Source: Solirubrobacterales bacterium (lineage in GTDB: Bacteria; Actinomycetota; Thermoleophilia; Solirubrobacterales; 70-9). From it: a stretch of DNA of 64,000 nt. The notes below the pieces were generated by a model. The model saw only the letters and a program-made list of their open reading frames with translations. It was not told the origin of the DNA and searched no databases. The DNA is taken from positions 52,686 to 116,685 of the forward strand of contig DATANV010000015.1 of assembly GCA_036266075.1 (NCBI GenBank), written 5' to 3'. Positions 32,801 through 40,175 of the stretch are shown piece by piece (positions within the stretch are counted from its first letter, which is position 1; every line of letters begins with the position of its first letter). The position numbers were made by a program, and so were the translations under genes.

Positions 32801-34277
32801 CTTCGACAGCAGCGGCGACGGCGGCACCGTACGGATCGTCGTGATCGACAACTCGCGCGGCTCGCTGGCCGCCAGCGATCCCTTCCAGAACCCGTCCGAG
32901 GCACAGCTGCCCTGGCTCGAATCGGTGCTCGCCGATGCCCGAGCCAAGGGCATCCCGGTCGTCGTGATGGGCAACCGCAGCCTCAACTCCAGCTTCACGC
33001 CGAAGCTGAACGTGGCCAGCGACGCCGGCACTGTGGCGCGGGCACTGGTCGACGGCGGCGCCTCGGCCTACCTCTTCGATCGCCCGGAAGAGAACCGGGC
33101 GATGAGCATCCCGGCCGGTGGCTCGACGACGATCCCCAGCTGGGGCACGGGCACGCTCGGTTACCGCTCGCCGATCTCCGGCGCCGTCGGCCTCGAAGCC
33201 GCCGACTCGCTGTTCGGCGACAGCGGTTTCCTGTTGCTCGAAGTGAACGCCGCCCAGCGCGACCCCGCCAGCAACCGGGCGCCGGTAGGGGTGCGGCTGG
33301 TCCCGGTGATCCAGGACCTCTCGCTGGAAGCGATCGACGGCACCCTTCTGCACCGCTCGATCCCGGCGCTGTTCAGCGGCCTCGGCCGCCGGCCGCTCGG
33401 CGGCGACCGCTGGGGCGCCGCCGCTGCGGGCTCCTCGATCCCCAGCCCGGCCGGCGGCGACCCCTACACGCTCTTCCCGCCTGAGCCCTGCCTGGTCGCC
33501 GGCTGCGCCAACCGAGTCTCGCCGGAATACAGCTTCACCTCCTCGGATCCCGATATCGCCGACTTCGTCCGCCAGGACCCGAACTCGAACAACCTGCGCA
33601 AGCCCTTCCTCGACGCCAACGGCAAGGTCGCCACCGACAACTCCTCAGGCCTGCTCTGCCCGTTCAACGCCGGCACGACGACGGTCACCGTCAGCGCCGG
33701 CGGGCTCTCCTACTCCGAACAGGTGACTGTCCAGGGCGGCAGCGTGCAGCGCCCCTGCGGCACCCGGCCGCTGCGACCTGACCGCTTCGCGCGCAACGCG
33801 CCGGCTGCCGCGCCGCCGGCGCCCCCGCCGGCTCCCGCCCCCGCCGGCAGCCCGCCGGTCGAGTTCACGCCGCCGTCGCCTCCGCCCGCCTCGCCGGCGC
33901 CCCCGCCTCCGCCTAACCCAGTCCACGTCGTTCCGAACCCGCCCCTGGCGCCCGCCTTCTTGCCGGTCACCGCGGGCCTGATCGCCACCGTGCCGGCGGC
34001 GCTGTTGCCGCCGCCGCCGCCGGTAGTGCGGCCGCTGCCGCCAGGCGGCGCCCCGGCCCGCACCTACCAGGTCGAGGAACGCCGCGAAGAGGAGGCGGCG
34101 ACCGAGGAGTCGCAGGCCTTCTCACGGCACGAGCCCGGCGGCGAGGGCGCCGCCGTGCCGCCCTACCTGCCGGCGCTCGTCCTGCTGCTGGCACTCGGCG
34201 CCGCCTCGGTCCGCGGCGGCGGCGGCCGCCGCCGCGCGGTCGCAACAGCCAACGCTGCCTCTTTCCGTCGTCGCTGA
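29838..34277 (+). CDS. 1479-aa exported multidomain protein: propeller-like repeats, degenerate metallophosphoesterase-like domain, Big_2 Ig-like domain, Pro-rich stalk, C-terminal TM anchor
   Basis: GTGA overlap with the upstream stop. Signal peptide present. The metallophosphoesterase-like region FAVAGNAQ...LLYTGNRV...PALGSSD...HYAFD...VVIDNS...QLPWLE...VVVMGNRS has ligand positions substituted. Big_2-like SFTSSDPDIADF...NAGTTTVTVSAGG. Then PPAPPPAP... and PPYLPALVLLLALGAASVRGGGGRRR. Confidence 0.75.
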   Translation: MSGPGQAGRLIGAGLAFLLAIALALATATQGSGAAAPGGVGPLPLLGVADAQMRLMGTASGGEAWGYRQLPLAVGGVEAGTRQVPFGPPQDSSGTSLQLAFLRYTEGNGWRVFETPVDRNGNPYRGPVPNPLSARITPNGGGVLLGRDAHRLPSDQVVVLDHDPGGSWRALPTPPSSVLLPAEGERPAEALAADHGSGAVAAAAFDEGGHTGLFFAPQERSVADAVIHFDGSEWTREKVKVPAGSESEFHILAIAATGAGNAWAIAAAAPMLKRSFVLLQRTAGPEGPEWVERGIGAARFADADTPEFGIEGLAPIGGAAQPLTVTQDGVWIDLTAKFEGVSSDATVYYDIGAGAVIGSWCDADACDEAFGAKLSRQSGYRSFAWPGSGFGTRIVTNPLEPGGGEESNRGTYLRFDGGAFARVPGGGGNFHAGGAFSSVDSGWLEGPVEISAKRAPEALRPWPVTLRAPLADVTGAPGQPPGALGSQALAVGANGAVARYTPGRGWRREYLTTASGSVSKATLRGVAWPEPNHAYAVGDLGAMWQWNADDGLWIADPGVPIGFEGNLMDIAFDPADASRGYAVGKHGVLLRFEKSWEPQALPPGFDSADLTSIAFAGREAIVAAGGDLLVNEGGVWQVDPSAQALLDSVRAGNPKLLAVAGLPDGGAVAAGRDIVIERDGGPGSPWRFSKQPILGSTAIAAAAVRTDAGVRAILSVVPQLAYPPADELPPEDPNVPPPILPPFALPGDGYVLRETFDGWQDEQRTAFAGTGSDRPIKSDPTTAFLLDSAGNGWAVGGWSGDGDASGRGSSARGGEGGALRARVRTASIARFGDGAAPPPVERSAPVAVPAGPARFAVAGNAQCEQPCADLAPEALGPDRTLAVALAMINAMRGGAGPRALLYTGNRVATGLDFADGERYAALLGGVPGLPVFPALGSSDVGDGTGSDAFAASFAGFPAPLGSGASPPGISVAGIPGAAPGPGARTHYAFDSSGDGGTVRIVVIDNSRGSLAASDPFQNPSEAQLPWLESVLADARAKGIPVVVMGNRSLNSSFTPKLNVASDAGTVARALVDGGASAYLFDRPEENRAMSIPAGGSTTIPSWGTGTLGYRSPISGAVGLEAADSLFGDSGFLLLEVNAAQRDPASNRAPVGVRLVPVIQDLSLEAIDGTLLHRSIPALFSGLGRRPLGGDRWGAAAAGSSIPSPAGGDPYTLFPPEPCLVAGCANRVSPEYSFTSSDPDIADFVRQDPNSNNLRKPFLDANGKVATDNSSGLLCPFNAGTTTVTVSAGGLSYSEQVTVQGGSVQRPCGTRPLRPDRFARNAPAAAPPAPPPAPAPAGSPPVEFTPPSPPPASPAPPPPPNPVHVVPNPPLAPAFLPVTAGLIATVPAALLPPPPPVVRPLPPGGAPARTYQVEERREEEAATEESQAFSRHEPGGEGAAVPPYLPALVLLLALGAASVRGGGGRRRAVATANAASFRRR

Positions 34278-34284
34278 CGACGCG

Positions 34285-34740
34285 GTGAGCAAATCGCCGC
34301 GAAATCTTAGTGAGGGAGGCTTCGCGCTAGATCTGCGCTTGACCGTGCGGGCAAGGAGTACAAGAGACGTCGACATCGAGTGGCGTGCCAACGAGGCCGA
34401 GTTGCTCGATGCACTGCTCGACGCGACGAGTCACGATGCAGGCGACTTCTTCGTTTATCTCATTGAGAGGGTCGGCGCACCCGAGGACCTCCTGGGCGGC
34501 AGTCACCGCTTCCGGGTTTCGGCATCCTTGGCAGGACGTCCCTTCGAGATGTTCCTGCTCGATGTCGGCTTCCGAGCCGATGACGCGCTTGCCACCGAGA
34601 TCCTTCGCACCGAAGATCTCCTCAGCTTTGCGGGAATCGAGCCAGTCGAGGTCGACGCGATCTTGGCTGGTGATGTCCCAGCCGGGAGATGGGATTCCGA
34701 CGGCCGACGCTGGGTGCTCAGCGAATCCGCTCGGGGCTGA
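34285..34740 (+). pseudogene. Truncated AbiEii/AbiGii-family nucleotidyltransferase toxin fragment
   Basis: EGGFALDLRL...RSTRDVDIEW resembles the GGTAL...R.T.DiD motif. It is only 151 aa, lacks the usual N- and C-terminal parts, has lower GC, has no AbiEi partner, and overlaps the convergent gene's 3' end. Confidence 0.5.
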
Positions 34741-35065
34741 AGCGGTAGCCGATGCCGAAGTGGGTGTGGATGTAGCGCCAGTCGGGGGCGACGCTCTCCA
34801 GCTTGCTGCGCACGCGGCGTACGAGGACGTCCACCGAGCGGTCGCGGCGGCGCATCTCGCCGCCCCACATCAGCTCGTAGATCTCGGGCCGCTGGACGAC
34901 GCTGTCTAGACGCTCGGCGAGCAGGAAGAAGAGCTGGAACTCGCGCACGGTGAGGCCAGCGCGGCGCCCCTCGACCAGCACCTGGAGCTCCGTCGGGCGG
35001 ATCTCGACGTTGGCGATCCTCTGCCTGCCCTCGGGCGACGCCTGTGCCGATGGTGGAACGGCCAT
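34718..35065 (-). CDS. Stand-alone OmpR/PhoB-type winged-helix DNA-binding protein (no receiver domain)
   Basis: LTVREFQLFFLLAERLDSVVQRPEIYELMWGGEMRRRDRSVDVLVRRVRSKLE...IHTHFGIGYRF is a Trans_reg_C pattern. Total length is 115 aa. Confidence 0.8.
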   Translation of the reverse strand: MAVPPSAQASPEGRQRIANVEIRPTELQVLVEGRRAGLTVREFQLFFLLAERLDSVVQRPEIYELMWGGEMRRRDRSVDVLVRRVRSKLESVAPDWRYIHTHFGIGYRFSPERIR

Positions 35066-35146
35066 GTCGCCATAGCGTTTCTGACCCGTCTGGCGATGCG
35101 GTGAACCCGGTGTGTCGAAATTGAGAAAATTTGGATAACTGCGGGC

Positions 35147-37165
35147 CTAATGCCGGGCGAAAATCACGGCAACGGAGCCGTGGAGCCGCTTTCCGCCTCC
35201 CGCGAAGCCGACCTTGGCCCGGGCATGGAGTTCCGTGCCGCCGGCGACCTGCGCCCGCGCCTTGCCGTGCAGGCGCAGGACCAGACGCGCTTTGCCTTTG
35301 CGCCGCGGTCGGCTCCCGTCCTGCGCCAGCTTGCGTCCCTTCTTGCGGACGGTGGCCGTGAGGCGCCCGGCACCCGGCACCGAGACGGTCAGCACCACGG
35401 TCCCGTTGGCTGCCGAGCGCGCGCGCACCGACAGGCGGCGGCGGCCGAATTCTTCGATCGAGGCCGCGCCGCCGCGGCGTGCCGACGGCGGTGGGCCTTG
35501 CGCTGGCGGTTCGCTCTCGCGGGTGACGACGAAAGCATCGGGCCGGTCGTTGGCATCGCCGACGAACATGTTGGCTGCGAAGGACGAGAAGGCGATTAGC
35601 CCGGCATCGGAGGACAGCGTCATGTGCGGGTCGACGTCGCCGTTCGCGTCGCCGTCTTCAACCGAGTGGGTGACGCGTTCGACGGTATGTTCTTCGAGGT
35701 CGATCGCGTAGAGGTCGCGGACGTCGGCGATCGAGCGCGGTTCGCCGACGAGCTGCAGGACCGGCAGGGTGAAGGTCGTGCGCACGGTGGCCAGCGCCAG
35801 GTGGCGGCCATCCGCGGTCATCGCCAGTCCCTCGATCGAGGCGGCCAGCGCCGGGCTGGTCGAGGTGCCGTCGCGGGTCAGCTCGGTGGTCGCCGCCTTG
35901 CGGCTGAGGCCGGGCTTCATGCTGGTCAGGTAGAGGTCGAGGCCCGAGCCGGTGGTCACGTCCGGGCGCGGGCCGGAGCCGGTCAGGAAGGCGACGGTAT
36001 TGCCGTCGCCGCTCAGCACCGGCAGCTGCGAGGCGATGCTGGCCGGCAGCGACTCCTGGTCGGTCAGCGGCCCGTAGCAGGGGCCCGTCGAGGTCTGGTT
36101 GAAGCTCGTCGTCATCCCCGGGTTGGCCGCTTCCATCGCCGCACAGGTCGGGTCGTCGGGGTCGGCGATGCCGGTTATGCGCCGCGTCGGCGCCCCCGGT
36201 CCCGCCGCGATGCGGCGCCAGAGGTAGTAGTCCTCGCTCGCCGAGGTCGGCTCGCCGCGCAGGAAGCGCGTCTGAGCGCTTGCGTTGTCGCCGGTCCAGG
36301 CGACCGTCGTGCCGTCGGCGCTGATCGCCCCGCCGAGCGCGCCACCCGCCGGCTGTTGGGTCATCTGGCCCGTTTCGGGGTCGCGGCTGGCGGTGACGAG
36401 CGTCGTCCGCTGGGTCGCCAGGTCGCGGACGAAGAGCTGGCCGGCGGGAACGTCGGTCGTGGCCTCGGCCGGCAGGTCGGTGGGGGCGTCGGTGCGGAAG
36501 ACGACTCGGTTCCCGTCGGCGCTGATCGCCCCGCCTCGCGCGACCTCGGCGCCCGGATTGCTCCCGGGCAGCGAGACCGTTGGAGGCCCGTAGCTCGCCG
36601 GCGCTTCGCTGCCGTCGCGCGCCGAGACGAGGCGGTACGCGCACTGGCCGCCGCCGCTGCAGGCGCCGCCAGGGGGCAGCGGCAGGTTCATGTCGCGCAC
36701 GTAGGCGTCAACGTTTTCGTTGCCGTCGGCCGGGACCAGTTGCTGGGCGGTGGAGAAGGCGACGTAGCGACCGTCGCCGCTGACCGAGGGATTCGCCGCG
36801 CCGCGCCGTAGGAAGGCGTTGGTGCCTTCTTCGAAGAGGTTGCCGTCGGCGACCTTCTGTAACGCTCGAGTCCCCAGGTCGAAGCGGAAGACTCCGCCCG
36901 CGCGGTAACGGCCGGCCGGGTCGGCGTCCTCGTCGGCGAAGAAGTTGCGCGCTCGGGTCTGGAAGACGACGTAGCGCCCGTCGGCTGAGATCGCCGCAAA
37001 GCTCGTCGCGTCATCGCCCTCTTCGAGGCGGTTGTAGTCGGCGGATACCAGGAAGGCGCCGGGAACGGCGTCGAAACCGTTGTCGTAGAAGGCCGCCGCG
37101 GTCGGCGGGGTGAGGGCGCTGAGCAGGACGGCAAGCGCCAGGCCGGCCTTGCGGCGGCGCCTCAC
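35147..37165 (-). CDS. Secreted PD40/TolB-like beta-propeller repeat protein with basic C-terminal module
   Basis: Signal peptide MRRRRKAGLALAVLLSALTPPTAAA. Repeats ISADGRYVVF, VSGDGRYVAF, ISADGNRVVF, ISADGTTVAW, LSGDGNTVAF, MTADGRHLAL. C-terminus VVLTVSVPGAGRLTATV...GKARLVLRLHGKARAQV. The GTGA start overlaps the upstream stop. Confidence 0.75.
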   Translation of the reverse strand: MRRRRKAGLALAVLLSALTPPTAAAFYDNGFDAVPGAFLVSADYNRLEEGDDATSFAAISADGRYVVFQTRARNFFADEDADPAGRYRAGGVFRFDLGTRALQKVADGNLFEEGTNAFLRRGAANPSVSGDGRYVAFSTAQQLVPADGNENVDAYVRDMNLPLPPGGACSGGGQCAYRLVSARDGSEAPASYGPPTVSLPGSNPGAEVARGGAISADGNRVVFRTDAPTDLPAEATTDVPAGQLFVRDLATQRTTLVTASRDPETGQMTQQPAGGALGGAISADGTTVAWTGDNASAQTRFLRGEPTSASEDYYLWRRIAAGPGAPTRRITGIADPDDPTCAAMEAANPGMTTSFNQTSTGPCYGPLTDQESLPASIASQLPVLSGDGNTVAFLTGSGPRPDVTTGSGLDLYLTSMKPGLSRKAATTELTRDGTSTSPALAASIEGLAMTADGRHLALATVRTTFTLPVLQLVGEPRSIADVRDLYAIDLEEHTVERVTHSVEDGDANGDVDPHMTLSSDAGLIAFSSFAANMFVGDANDRPDAFVVTRESEPPAQGPPPSARRGGAASIEEFGRRRLSVRARSAANGTVVLTVSVPGAGRLTATVRKKGRKLAQDGSRPRRKGKARLVLRLHGKARAQVAGGTELHARAKVGFAGGGKRLHGSVAVIFARH

Positions 37166-39159
37166 CCGACCCGCACCTTGCGCCTCAGCGTTGCCGTGTT
37201 GCCGGCCCGGTCTTTCGCCTTGACGACGATCGTGTAGAGGCCGGGCTTGGCGTAGGAGTGGTGGCGCGCGACCGCGTTGGGCCCTTTGGCCTTGCCCCGC
37301 CCGCGCCGCCGCGACGCGGCGGCGCGGTGTGGCGCAGACCCCGAGGCACTGGCACCGCGGTCGCCGAAGGAGATCTTCACTCCACCCCGCTTGAAGCCCG
37401 AGCTTGCGCGGCGGGCGCCGTCGAGGACCCGGATAGCGACCCGGCTGCCGCGGCGACGCAGCCGCACCCGCGGCGCCCGGCGGTCGATCAGCAAGGCCTG
37501 CTCACGGCTACCGGTTTCCTGCCTCGCGTCGTCGATCGCGAAGACCTGCAGGCGGTGCCGCCCTTCGCCGGCCTTGCCGCTGGAGAAGACGGTGTGCAGC
37601 TTCCTGGTCGGCTTGCTCACCGGCTGGTCATCGATGCTGACCGAGTACCTCAGCCCGCCGATCGCGTTGGCCGCCGCTTCCCAGGAGACTCGCAGCTCCT
37701 TCTTGCGCTGCCAGCCTTCCGGCGCTTCGACCAGCATCGGCTCGGGTGGTGCGTCGATCGTCGCCGCGGCGATCTGCGCCGCGGCACCGCTTCCTTGCTG
37801 CCAGGCGACGATCGCGTCGCCGAGGCCCGAGCCGGCCAGGGCAAGTCCGCCGACCGTGCCGCCGACCGGGGTGCTGAGCGGGGCCGATTCGCTGCGACCG
37901 TCGGCCGCGACTTCGCGCGCCGCGACGGCGCCGCTGCCACCGCGCTGCTCCTGCCAGGCGATCGCCGCGGCACCGCTCTCGGCGACGTCGAGCTGCGGTT
38001 CGCCGGCGATCGCGCTGCCGCCGTCGTCGATTCGCGCCGTCGGCCCGATCGCGGCGTTGTCGCCGCTCGTCCAGAGCGTGGCGGCGCCGCCGGCAAAAGC
38101 AGTGCCGAAGCCTCCTTCGGGGTCGACGGCGACGCTTGGAACGCCGAGGCCGCCCCGTTCGCCACCGTCGGCGAGACGCGGGCCGAGGAAGGCGGCGGCC
38201 CCTTCCGCGAAGGCGTCGGGGATCTCGTTGACGAATGCCCGCGGACCGCCGATCTTTCCCGCCTGCCCGGGGAGCTGGCGCAGCGCCACCGCCGCCTGGC
38301 CGAAGCCGGCGACGTCGAGCGAGAAGGCGTCGGCGGCGCCGCGCAAGGGGACTCCTTCCCAGCTGGATGGGCTGACCAGCAGCGGCACGCCGAAGGTCCC
38401 GCCGAAGACCCGCCGGGCCCAGACCCGGTTGACGAATTCATCGTCGGGCTCGCGCCAGGCGACGAGCGCGTTGCCGTTGACGTCGACCCCGATCTTCGGC
38501 CCGGCGGCGGCGGTCGGCACCGGCATCGGGATCGCCGGGTTGCGGTCGAGGGAATTGCCGAGGACCGACCAGAGGCGGTCTTTGTAGCGGGCGACGCGCA
38601 CGTCGATGCCCAGGTAGCCGGGGGGGTTCGCCGTGCTGTTGTCGGTGATCACCAGATAGGTCAGATACGCCTGGCCGCCGGCGTTCATCGCCAGGTCGGG
38701 GAAGCTGGCGGTCGCTTCACCGACGTTGAGGTCGACCGGAACCGGCGCCTCGAACCCGGTTGCGCCGGGGTCGAGCGTCGCCGAGAACATGCGGTCGTTG
38801 CCGGCGCCGAACTCCTGCACCCAGGTGAGGAGCAGGCGACCGCCGTCGCCGGCCGCTATCCGCGCCCAGCTCGAGTCGAATTTCTGGCCAATGTCGACCC
38901 GCTGCGGTGCGCTCCAGCCGGCGCCGAAGCGGGCGACGAAGACGTGGTTGCGGCCGCCTTCCTTGCGCAGGTAGACGAGGCCGCCGGTCCCGTCTTCTGC
39001 CATCGCCGCGTCTTCGATCGCCACCACGTCACCGCTTGGCCCGTCCACCATGTGGACCGGGGAGATCGCCGCCGCGGCACGCGATGGGGCGACGAGGCAC
39101 GCCACCACTAGCAAAGCCGTCAGGAGCGGCGGCAAGCGCAGCGGTACGCGGTCGCGCAT
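37162..39159 (-). CDS. Secreted repeat protein with C-terminal PKD-like Ig domain
   Basis: The ATG at 39159 gives MRDRVPLRLPPLLTALLVVACLVAPSRAAAA. Recurrent ...A(L/I)VAW(R/Q)E... strands. C-terminus HHSYAKPGLYTIVVKAKDRAGN (PKD signature). Confidence 0.7.
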   Translation of the reverse strand: MRDRVPLRLPPLLTALLVVACLVAPSRAAAAISPVHMVDGPSGDVVAIEDAAMAEDGTGGLVYLRKEGGRNHVFVARFGAGWSAPQRVDIGQKFDSSWARIAAGDGGRLLLTWVQEFGAGNDRMFSATLDPGATGFEAPVPVDLNVGEATASFPDLAMNAGGQAYLTYLVITDNSTANPPGYLGIDVRVARYKDRLWSVLGNSLDRNPAIPMPVPTAAAGPKIGVDVNGNALVAWREPDDEFVNRVWARRVFGGTFGVPLLVSPSSWEGVPLRGAADAFSLDVAGFGQAAVALRQLPGQAGKIGGPRAFVNEIPDAFAEGAAAFLGPRLADGGERGGLGVPSVAVDPEGGFGTAFAGGAATLWTSGDNAAIGPTARIDDGGSAIAGEPQLDVAESGAAAIAWQEQRGGSGAVAAREVAADGRSESAPLSTPVGGTVGGLALAGSGLGDAIVAWQQGSGAAAQIAAATIDAPPEPMLVEAPEGWQRKKELRVSWEAAANAIGGLRYSVSIDDQPVSKPTRKLHTVFSSGKAGEGRHRLQVFAIDDARQETGSREQALLIDRRAPRVRLRRRGSRVAIRVLDGARRASSGFKRGGVKISFGDRGASASGSAPHRAAASRRRGRGKAKGPNAVARHHSYAKPGLYTIVVKAKDRAGNTATLRRKVRVG

Positions 39160-39249
39160 TGGCAGAAGCTTGCTCGCCGCCGGCGCGAAAGATGTGACCA
39201 AGGAGATACCAAGTGGTTACGCGCGCGGCCACGCCTGCCGTGCGGCTGC

Positions 39250-39293
39250 GTTACCAGTTCTTATCCGGACAGTCACGTCGCGTTCACCTCCCT
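39250..39293 (+). promoter_or_regulatory. Four 11-nt phased PHO-box-like direct repeats in the divergent region between pstS and the 39159<-37162 operon
   Basis: GTTACCAGTTC, TTATCCGGACA, GTCACGTCGCG, TTCACCTCCCT. The last unit contains the exact GTTCACC core (39282-39288). The array ends 70 nt upstream of the pstS ATG. Confidence 0.6.
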
Positions 39294-39362
39294 GCCGCTG
39301 GCCGACTCGACACTTGCTTCGCTGCCCACTGTCCCGAACCCGTCACCAGGAGTGACCATCAG

Positions 39363-40175
39363 ATGAACTTCCCACGCCCGCTGGCCGTCTTCGCGGCCCT
39401 GGCTCTCGGCGCTTCGCTGCTGGCTCCAGCCGGAGCCACCGCCAAGCCGACCATCACGATGAGCGGCTCGACCTCGGTCGCGCCGCTCGCTTCGCTGCTT
39501 GCCAAGAGGTACCTGCAGGTCTGCGGCCACTGCGTCAACTTCAAGCTGCTGCAGGGGGGCTCCGACATCGGCGTCGCCGACGCCGCCGCCGGCCGGGTGA
39601 CGATCGGCAACTCCTCGCGCGATCCGAAACCGAGCGATCCGGGCGGGCTCGTCTTCACCAAAATCGCCCGCGACGCGGTCTGCATCGTCACCAACAACGC
39701 CAACCCAGTCCCGACCATCGACCAGGCGGGAGTGCAGGCGATCTTCGGCGGCGGCATCCGCACCTGGAGCAGCGTTCCGGGGGCGACCCAGCGCGGCACG
39801 ATCGACATCTCCGTCCGCACCCCCGGCTCAGGTACCCAGGACGCCTTCCAGCGCATCTTCATGGGCACGACCAAGGTGTTCGGCGGCGCCAGCCAGAAAA
39901 CGTCGAACGGACTGGTCCAGCAGGTGGTCAAATCGGACCCTGCGGCTGTCGGCTACGTCTCGCTCTTCTTCACCCAGGGCGTGCACGCGATCCCCTACCA
40001 GGGCGTCCCCTGCACGTTGCGCAACGCCAAGTCCGGCCAGTACGGCGGCTCGCGCAACTTCTACATGGTTACCCGCGGCGCACCGAAGGGCGCAGCCAAG
40101 GCGTGGATCAGCTGGATCACGCACAACAGCGCCGCGGCATCGGTGATCGGCACGAACTGGGTACCGCTTCACTAG
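39363..40175 (+). CDS. pstS: Phosphate ABC transporter substrate-binding protein PstS
   Basis: AGGAG lies before the ATG at 39363. Signal peptide present. Motifs ITMSGSTSVAPL, GGSDIGV, RTPGSGTQDAF. Confidence 0.9.
   Translation: MNFPRPLAVFAALALGASLLAPAGATAKPTITMSGSTSVAPLASLLAKRYLQVCGHCVNFKLLQGGSDIGVADAAAGRVTIGNSSRDPKPSDPGGLVFTKIARDAVCIVTNNANPVPTIDQAGVQAIFGGGIRTWSSVPGATQRGTIDISVRTPGSGTQDAFQRIFMGTTKVFGGASQKTSNGLVQQVVKSDPAAVGYVSLFFTQGVHAIPYQGVPCTLRNAKSGQYGGSRNFYMVTRGAPKGAAKAWISWITHNSAAASVIGTNWVPLH

Noticed and set aside
32395-33105. Calling the giant protein an active secreted phosphatase or phosphodiesterase of the Pho regulon.
   Set aside because: By my motif alignment the canonical Asp/His metal ligands of calcineurin-like phosphoesterases are replaced (GN.Q, GNR, GSSD, GNRS, DRPE). 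Only a degenerate fold assignment is justified.
29799-33353. 1184-aa minus-strand ORF antisense to the 1479-aa gene. Similar very long ORFs occur at 493-2118(-), 26178-28427(-), 28003-29898(-), 43606-45132(-), 46335-48044(+), 16010-17188(-), 19596-20552(-) and 56702-57778(+).
   Set aside because: They are Arg/Gly/Pro/Ala-dominated with no recognisable motifs. Each lies opposite to, or out of frame with, genes that have clear family signatures. These are classic shadow ORFs of high-GC DNA, where stop codons are rare.
34100-34277. LPXTG sortase signal or PEP-CTERM/exosortase signal at the C-terminus of the 1479-aa protein.
   Set aside because: The tail has a hydrophobic helix plus an Arg cluster, but neither an LPXTG-like nor a PEP motif precedes it (the sequence is ...SRHEPGGEGAAVPPYLPALVLLLALGAASVRGGGGRRR). 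I describe it only as a C-terminal TM anchor.
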